From Octopus sinensis (Eukaryota), in assembly GCF_006345805.1 (NCBI RefSeq), contig NC_043009.1:24118001-24182000 (forward strand): a stretch of 64,000 nt of DNA. The letters run 5' to 3'. The notes under the pieces are model-generated. The model did not search any database, was not told where the DNA came from, and was given only the letters and a program-made list of their open reading frames with translations. The translations under genes were made by a program, and so were the position numbers. This document shows, one piece after another, positions 55,490-64,000 of the stretch; the stretch's first letter is position 1, and each line of letters begins with the position of its first letter.

Positions 55490-57378
55490 ATATATAAAAC
55501 TTAGAATAGCTTAGAAAGGTTTTGGCCAGTATTGGCCCAGGCCATGTCTAACTTAATAGCACCACCTGGTGAAGTATTTCAATTCGGGATTTGGGTAACA
55601 AGGCCCATTGGAGCAGAGAGTTATTGTTTGCGGAGACATATCCGAGTGTGGGTGGTTTGTCCGGGACTGTTTGAAGGAATTTGTCCAAAATCTTCTTGAA
55701 TTTTGTGTGGTCAGTTTCTGTTTTGACGTGTCTTGGTGTAATGTTGAAGAAGGCGGGTCCAATTGAGGTGAAATAATTGTGCCGCAATGTTGTTATGAGA
55801 TGCGATTGAGATTTTTGTTGTGGACGGATGGCACGGGGTCTAAGTCTTGGATGTATTTTGAAGGTGATATCAACATCATTTGGACAGTGCTGATGGAATA
55901 TTTTCCACATCATACAGATAATGTAGCGTTCACGACGTCGTTGGAGTGAATACAGTTTCAGCTTTTCCAGTCGATCCCAGTAGTCGAGGTCTGACATGCC
56001 ATCTATCTTTTTCGTGATTGACCTTTGGGGAGCTTCAACTTTCATAATATTCCATTTCGTGTAGGGAGACCACAGTGGACAGCAGTATTCAAGGTGAGGT
56101 CGGGAAAAAGTGGAGAAGAGAAGGATAATGGTGTGGGAATCTCTCGACTGGAAGGTTCTGAGAATCCAGGAACACATTCTGCGGGCCATGTCAACTTTGC
56201 TGCTTATATGTGTAGCCCAGCTTATGTTGTTGTCCACAGTTACTCCCAAGTCTCTGATGTTGTTAGACGTCATGAGAGTTTCACCAGAAGGAAGGAAGTA
56301 TGGGTGTTTCAGAGCGTTCTCCCTTCCAAAGTGGATCAATTCGAATTTGTCTTCGTTTAGCAACATGTTGTTCTTTTCCGCCCGTTGGACAACAGCCAGT
56401 AGGTCTGACTGAAGGTTTATCCGGCCATCCACGCCATTGATGACCTTCTGGAGCTTGGAATCATCAACGAAGATTCTGATGTTACTGTGTTTGATGATGT
56501 CAGTGATGTCATTAATGTAGATGATGAAGAGAAGTGGGCCCAACACAGTGCCTTGTGGGACACCACTACTGACTTTGGCTGGGTTGGATTTGACTCCTTC
56601 GACTACAACATGTTGGGTTCTGTTAGACAGGAAGCACTTGATCCACTGCAGTAGCTTTCCAGTGACACCAATATTGGACAACTTTCTCAAAAGGATCTTA
56701 TGATCAACCCTTTCGAAGGCCTTGCTGAAATCAAGGTAGATAACATCAGTGTTGGAACCCTCTCCCAAGGCTCTCAAAATGTCATCGAAGTGATGCAGTA
56801 GCTGTGTCAGGCAATCCCTTCCATTACGGAATCCATGCTGGTTGGAGTTCAGCATATTATGACTCTCAAGGAAGTGAGCCATACGCGATCTCACCACTCT
56901 CTCAAATACCTTAATGATATGAGAGGTGAGTGAGATTGGACGGTAATTCAAGGCAAGGGATTTGTTTCCTTTTCTGAAAACTGGGACAACAGACTGGGAT
57001 AGTAGGTTTTCTGGTATATATCCAGCATCCAGTGAGTTCCGCCACAGATTGGCTTGAGGGGGTGCAAGTTGGTGTTGACACATCTTCAAGACACAAGCAG
57101 GGAACCCATCGGGACCTACTGCTGAATTATGCTTCATTTCCTTTAATGCTGCTCAGACATCAGGAGCGCCAAAGGTTATGTCCGATAAAGTTTATTGGGG
57201 AGTAACATCAGTGATACAGCCCAGATCAGCCACATCAGGATTGCTGAAAACAGAGCAGTATTGTTTCTGCAACATCTCTCCCATGGTTTTGGCATTGTCT
57301 TGAAGAGTACCATTTTCATCAATCAGAGGGCCAACAGTAGAGCCAGTAACTTTGTGTTGTTTTGCAAATGAGAAGATA
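55490..57378 (-). mobile_element. CR1-type LINE, 5'-truncated, with a 529-aa uninterrupted RT and C-terminal ORF (55548-57137)
   Basis: YRPISLTS, QHGFR, YLDFSKAF, GVPQGTVLGPLLFIIYINDI, FVDDSKL and LYSLQRRRERY motifs; two stops upstream of the ORF. Confidence 0.95.
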
Positions 57379-57595
57379 TAAAGGGAAAGTTGACGAAAAT
57401 AAACAAAAGACGAAGGCAGGTGGTGTACAAACAAACAGATGTATTAGTATAGCGCTCAGGAATGGAAAAAGTCTTTTACGTTTCGAGCCTACGCTCTTCT
57501 ACAGAAAGGTACACAGAAAAAACAAGGAGAGAAACAAAGAGAGAAAAAATGTGTGTAGTAGCTAACGATCTATCATGGCGTCCCATGATAGTAAG

Positions 57596-57635
<40 letters not shown>

Positions 57636-57809
57636 TACTTACCAGTAAATACAGGGCTGAAACAGAATTATATACATTATGTTGGACTTTTGTGGCAGAA
57701 AAGTATTGCCAATCAGCCAATGAGGCCGCTTAATTTGACTTCTTTCTTCCAAGTGGCCTCAACATTAATTGGTTAGACCCAAAATCACAAATACTCATTT
57801 ACGCAACCA

Positions 57810-58110
57810 GCATTTTGTACCACACACCGAGGTTTATTGTCTAAGCAAGTGTCATTGCGGTACGTCAATGCACGCCACACCATTGAAACCATTCAGAAAT
57901 TGTGTCTCAAGTTGCTGGAACACACTATGTTGAGTTCAAATCTCGACCATTCCGACTAACACCTCTTTGGACGCTCAAAGGTACCTTACGTGATCATCCA
58001 TTTGCTGTGGCCAAAGAAGCACAGGAAACCGTGCATCAATGGCTGTACGACGTGCCGAAAAACTTCGCTGATGGAATAAGCTAGCTTGAGGACCGCTGGA
58101 AGACATGCAT
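57810..58110 (+). mobile_element. Degenerate mariner C-terminal remnant
   Basis: TIQKLCLKLLEH...SD*HLFG and ETVHQWL...KNFADGI motifs. Confidence 0.6.
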
Positions 58111-58117
58111 CTCCTGA

Positions 58118-58500
58118 AGGATGTCTTGGATCCCTAGCTAGATGACATACCACTGTCACTTCTAAGGAATCTCGTTTTCATGCATGACAAAGTTCCCTCC
58201 CACACTGCTAGGCCCACCCAAACATTCTTAGGGTCTTACGGCATAAAAGGTGAAAGGTTGATGGTGTGGCTGCCAGCATCTCCGGATCTTAACCCTATCG
58301 AAAATCTTTGGTCCATCATTAAACAAGATGCTTATGCCGACGGACTCTAATTCACGACGAAAGATGTCTTATGAGTTGAAGGATGTCTTATGCGTCAAAG
58401 CTGCAGCAGAGGCAGTCCAACCGGCTACTATTGAGAAACTGACTGATTCTATGACTTATAGAGTTTTTGAAGTTTTCCGTCGAAATGGCGCTCATGTGAC
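58118..58500 (+). mobile_element. Tc1-like (DD34E) transposase remnant
   Basis: LVFMHDKVPSHTAR...VWLPASPDLNPIENLWSIIK. Confidence 0.75.
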
Positions 58501-59105
58501 TAAATAATTCATTATGTCAATAAACGTTATAATATTATTATGGTTTTCTGTTAAATATATACTCAATGTATGCTTAATATGTATCATTAGCCTTCATTTT
58601 CTGAAAATAAATGTCTAGATGGGCTATTTTCATTCAAAAGATATTAGCGTGGTTCATCCCCAAACTGAAGAATTTGAAATAAAAAAGGACGTTACACATA
58701 ATAATGAAAATATAACAATGGTGCTGCCATAGTGTGCAAACCAGCTGGTAAACGTTTTATGAAAATCAGTTCACAGAAAACCGAGAAATCCTAAATTTCA
58801 CTCCTAAGCTATTAGAGCGGTTCTGGGTATATATATATATATATACACAAATACTTTTTTCGGTAACCTTATATTGTAACATACCGAACTGCTTGGTAAA
58901 ATTATCAATAATTAATTAATTAATTAATTTACCCTTTATTATTATTGAAAATATATGTATAAAATTATAATTAGGGTATCTAAAAGATACCACATACTGG
59001 TCCTGTGCATACGTGCATATATATGTATGTATACATGCGTATATGTAAGTATTCGTATGTTGTATATATGTATATATATTTGTATTTATGTAGTATTTTG
59101 TGTAT

Positions 59106-59163
59106 ATTCCACTGATGAGGCCAAGCATTTCTTAAGCATATCCAGAAATCCGGGATCTGGAAT
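59106..59163 (+). ncRNA. Type I hammerhead ribozyme motif, family 2, in a Penelope-like remnant
   Basis: Stem I ATTCCA/TGGAAT, core CTGATGA, GAAA, stem III TC-CGG-GA, triplet ATC; stem II weak. Confidence 0.55.
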
Positions 59164-59467
59164 TAATTAGTAATTTTTTGCTAGTTTATTTTGTCGCTTT
59201 GTCTTCTTTCCTGGTGCTGTATGAATATTTGATGTGGTTTTAGAGTCAAGTTTTGACTGCTATATCAAGCATGATGGTATCTTTTAGATACTCTAATTAT
59301 AATTTTAATAATAATAATTACCTATGCGGTTTTTATTCCCATGCAAGCCACTTGATATGATCGGTATTTTAAATAACGACCTTATCCTTATGTATATAAA
59401 TGTATACATACATACATACATACATACATACATACATACATACATAATACAGACACACACACACACA

Positions 59468-59498
<31 letters not shown>

Positions 59499-59501
59499 CA
59501 C

Positions 59502-59563
<62 letters not shown>

Positions 59564-59564
<1 letters not shown>

Positions 59565-59950
59565 TAGCAGTATCGCCCGGCGTTGCTCGGGTTTGTAAGG
59601 GAAATAACTATAAAGCATTTTTAGAGAGTTATAGCCAAAAAATAGCAAAAAAATGGAAAAAAGATTATGGTAAATTTTTTTTTGAGAGTTAAAACGGTCG
59701 AGTTGCGTCCCCTAGACAGTCTGTGGTTTGTGTTTCTGATTCTCGACCCCATGTCGAATTTATCGATTTTTTTTAGAATTGGGGCAACTTTTCAAAATTT
59801 TCTCTGCGTTAGTTTTGAATTATGACTTTGGGCTATGTGTGTGTCAAGTTTCATCAGAATCGGTTGAAAGCCGTGGTCAGGGTGAGGGTACAACCTAACA
59901 GACACACAGAAACACACACAGACAAACTGCCGTTTATATAGAGAGAGATA
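59564..59950 (+). mobile_element. DINE-1/HINE-like non-autonomous element (short form)
   Basis: Same 5' GC-rich motif, (ACAG/AC)n tract and CTGCCGTTTATATAGAGAGAGAT end. Confidence 0.55.
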
Positions 59951-60065
59951 TATACATATATATATATAATTGAAAAAATTTTAGGGTAGCAAAAATATTT
60001 ATCGAAAAATACTTTGTTACCAGTGGTCTAGCGAGAAGGAAAAATTTAGTCAATAGACTATACAT

Positions 60066-60326
60066 TATTCAGAGAAGAATACAGTGTACATTCAAACACA
60101 TAACAGATAACCAAAGAATAGGATATCTGACTTACTAGAAAGAGCAGTTAAACTCCAAGCCACTAATTGTTGTAATTCTGAAAGTGAATGAAAAATAAAA
60201 ATATTTACCCTATAGGACAGAATTACAACAATTAGTGGCTTGGAGTTTAAGTGCTCTTTCTAGTGAGTCAAATATCCTATTCTTTGGTTGTTTCTTATGT
60301 GTTTGAATGTACACTGTATTCTTCTC

Positions 60327-60332
<6 letters not shown>
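60066..60332. repeat. 115-bp inverted repeat with 37-nt spacer
   Basis: Arms 60066-60180 and 60218-60332 differ at 6 of 115 positions by manual alignment. Confidence 0.9.
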
Positions 60333-60383
<51 letters not shown>

Positions 60384-60640
60384 AAGTGTAGGTGGCATAC
60401 GAGTAGGACTTTACAGCCAACGATTCTAGTCAACGCACAAGACAGTCATTATGCTCCCACACACAAAACACCGCCTTGGACTCTGTTGAGACTAGTAAGA
60501 AACAATTTTGAACTTTTTTATTACACTTAACTTTCAAAAATATATATTTTTGATAAGGCTCGTTTTTTCAATAAGAGCTGAAACATGTAAAATCTCTCAG
60601 AAAACTAAAATTTATCTTATATAGTGGCGTTTTCAAACTT

Positions 60641-60676
<36 letters not shown>

Positions 60677-61029
60677 CGTACGGGTACTCCCAAATTACAT
60701 TTCCGTACAATTCCATTGATCTCAAACATTTCTTACCGCTTCTTCTCTTCCATTTTTTCCAGTACAATTTCTTGCTAGAATTCTTTACGTATTGCAGTGA
60801 ACTCTATCACGAAGGTTGTTTGTTAAACGAAGAGGGAAAAAAAGGGAGACTCGAAGTATTAATTTTTGTAATGCAACCGAAATTAAACGGCCAAGGAAAA
60901 ATAGCGAACAGATGTGTACTAAGTTTGGTCAATGTCAAGTTTGAGAAAGGAAAGAATTTGGCAGAGATACAAACAGTGACCCGTACACTCACGTTCAACA
61001 AAACGTCTCGATCAACAATCGAATCTCCA

Positions 61030-62007
61030 TCACCTCTGCCTATATAACCGCCCATCACCGCCCGTCGTCGCCGCCACCATCGCTATAAGAACCAACGAAA
61101 TAACCACCACTATTACGAACACCAGCGCCAGCACCACCACAACCACCACCACCACCACCACCACCACCACCACCACAACCACCACTGCTGTTACCACCAT
61201 TGCCACCACCACTGCCACCACCATCACCATCACCATTGCCATCACCACTGTTACAAGTGCTACAATCGCCAGCACCCTCACCACTGCCACCACCACTCTA
61301 ACCACCAAATGCTCACCACTACCACAACCGCCAACAGCACCACCACTACCATCACCACCACCACCACTATCAGCAGGACCAGCAAAACACCACCACAATT
61401 ACCATCAAGTCCATCATCGATCGATATCTTAACCATATGCATCACCATGACCACCACTACAGTTAGAACCACCACCACCACCACCACCAACACCACCTAA
61501 ACCACCACCATGACCACCACTACTATGACCATTACTACTACTACTACTACTAGTCAAATCACCGACCGAACCTCGACCACCACCATCGCTGCCGTTATGC
61601 TCAGATTTATGGCGTTAATCTTTGGACTGCTTCCAGCAGACCTCCAAAACACGTCGCCATCCTCCGAGCAGCATTATCTTGTTTATGTTGTTGACATTGC
61701 AAGCAGAGCATCAACACCACTCAGTCCTAGCAGTTTTGCAGACCATCACCAAGACCACAACCACTACCACCACCACCACCACCACCACCACCACTACCAC
61801 CACCACCACCACTAACACTGCCATCACAACCACCACCACACCCATAACTAACACCACCACAACCACCATCACGATCACTACCACAGCCATCACCACCACC
61901 ACTACTATCACCACCACCATACCCATAACCACCACCACCACAACCACCACCACCACTAACAAAAACAGCATCAAGAAAACCACCTCCAGCATTCCCACTA
62001 TCAATAT

Positions 62008-62051
<44 letters not shown>

Positions 62052-62640
62052 ACTGCAATAACAATAAACACAACAGCAAGCATCCAAAAACTTAACCCAA
62101 AGACGAGTAACATCAACAACGACAACACGAATAACAGAACAGCAATGCAAACTACACAGCAGAAATCACCAACTCCAATCCCAAATCCAACACTAATACC
62201 AACACCATCACCACCACCACCAACAACGACAACTTCATCACCAATACAAGCAACATCATCAACGCCAGACCACATCAACAGCTTTAACAACAATAGCGAA
62301 ACCACCAAACATGCCTCCGCCAACGCCAGAACCAAAATTACACCAGCAGCAGCAGCAGCAACAACACCAACAAATCTATGACGACGACCACCACCACCAC
62401 CACCAACACCAACAACAAAAACAACAACACTCACACGATGACGACAACGGCGACGATGACCACCGCCGCCACCCACACGGTGACGACCATCACAACCGTC
62501 GCTGCCGCTGCAGGTGCCATCAAAGGTCACTGCCATCAAGGTCACTGCCACAATGAACATCACCATCAACAACAAAAGTAACACCAACAGCAGCACCTAC
62601 ACAACCACCACAATCACCACCTCTACCATCAACAACAGCA
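61030..62640. repeat. Cryptic (CAC/ACC/ACT)n low-complexity tract
   Basis: Degenerate trinucleotide repeats with open frames on both strands. Confidence 0.85.
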
Positions 62641-63790
62641 ACTATAAGGCGGCGAGCTGGCCGAAACGTTAGCACGCCGGGTGAAATGCTTTGCATTATT
62701 TCGTCTCTCTTTATGTTCCGAGTTCAAATTCCGCCGAGGTCGACTTTGCCTTTCATCCTTTCGAAGATCGATAAATTAAGTACCAGTTGCGTACTGGGTC
62801 GATCTAATCGACTGGCTCCCTGCCCCAAAATTTCGGGCCTTGTACCTAGAGTAGAATTTAACAACTATAAAACAACAGCACTAGCAACAAAACAATCACC
62901 ACGACCACCGCCGCCACGACCACCACCATCAACACCACCACCACCACTATCACTAATATTATTCTTTTCTACTCTAGGCACGAGGCCCGATATTTTGGGG
63001 GAGGGAACAGTCGATTTTCATCGAGCCCAGTACGCAACTGCTAACGTTTCTGCCAGCTCGCCGCCTTACTATCACTGCCATTATTTATTTCTTTACTGCC
63101 CACATGGGGGTAAACATAGAGGGGACAAAGAAATTAAGTCGATTAAATCGACCCCGAAAGGTCGCAACTCGGAACGTAACGGCAGGCGAAATGCCGCTAA
63201 GCATTTCGCCCGGCTTGCTAACGATTCTGCCAGCTCGCCGCCTTACTATCACTACTATTATTGCCAATGCCAACGATTCCAAACCAACATCATGCAGCAT
63301 ATACCATTCCGATTTCTTGGCGAGAAATATGAAGGGAAAAAGAAAAAAACTGCGGCAGAAACGAAGCTTAAAAGGGTCAAAGTAATACAAAGCACAATCT
63401 GCAATGTAAAAATAAAAGCAAGGAACGAAAGTTTTAAATGGTGGAGGCGGCGGCGGCTGCAGTGGTGGTGGTGGCGTGTCGAAAAGGAAAGGAATTGTGG
63501 TTGAAAATAAAATGTTATACGATGAAAGAATTTGCGTGAGAAGACAGATTAACAGAAATGTGCGAAGTCCTGCAAAACAGATTATCTTATCTCCCCTTTG
63601 ATCCCGTCCAGTTTATGTCTTGACATACGGAAAGAAACTTGTTTTCCTGGAAAATTTTTCTGGCAGACGCTTGGCATAACGTTTTAAATTCACATACATA
63701 CATCCATACATGCATACATATGCATACTCGCACGAACGCGCGCGCACACACGCACGCACATACACACACACATGCACATAGACACAATAT

Positions 63791-63848
<58 letters not shown>

Positions 63849-64000
63849 GCTACTATATCTATACCTTGGCTTTCGGTTGTCATTCTGTTTATACTGTTGT
63901 GATTAATTTACTATTTGATTTATTAATAATATTCTGCTCGTTATTACTAGTAGTATTAAGTTGGCAAGCTGGTAAAATTGTCAGCACACCACGCAAAATG

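Noticed and set aside
61030-62640. Thr/His/Val-rich mucin-like ORFs (also at 51140-51815 and 39004-39381)
   Set aside because: Cryptic trinucleotide repeats with frames open on both strands, no coherent splice structure and no signal peptide.

Overview
AT-rich, microsatellite-saturated animal DNA whose SINE, LINE and mariner repertoire points to a coleoid cephalopod, most likely Octopus (inferred from repeat types, not database-checked). Most of the supplied ORFs are simple-repeat or transposon artefacts. Reading splice signals by hand shows a + strand tandem cluster of small-exon genes encoding secreted, cysteine-containing, beta-rich proteins that resemble a reduced DUF4773-like domain. All their introns are phase 1, and each domain has a conserved 84-nt middle exon. 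Gene A is 5'-incomplete (exons 2460-2543, 4612-4884, 11674-11865, 14369-14452, 18165-18508) and appears to carry two domains, with an optional early stop at 4934. Gene B is complete (25201-25294, 29908-30108, 35310-35393, 39402-39574; 183 aa; signal peptide, acidic pro-region, basic 6-Cys domain). A third signal-peptide exon (39909-39990) follows, with an apparent next exon interrupted by a mariner. The rest is TE debris: mariner, DD41D and Tc1 elements, CR1-type, RTE and R4/Dong LINEs, Penelope-like remnants, DINE/HINE-like elements and tRNA-SINEs. It also holds three families of minimal hammerhead-ribozyme motifs, some in retrozyme-like tandem repeats, and several long inverted repeats. No rRNA, true tRNA or CRISPR array was found.
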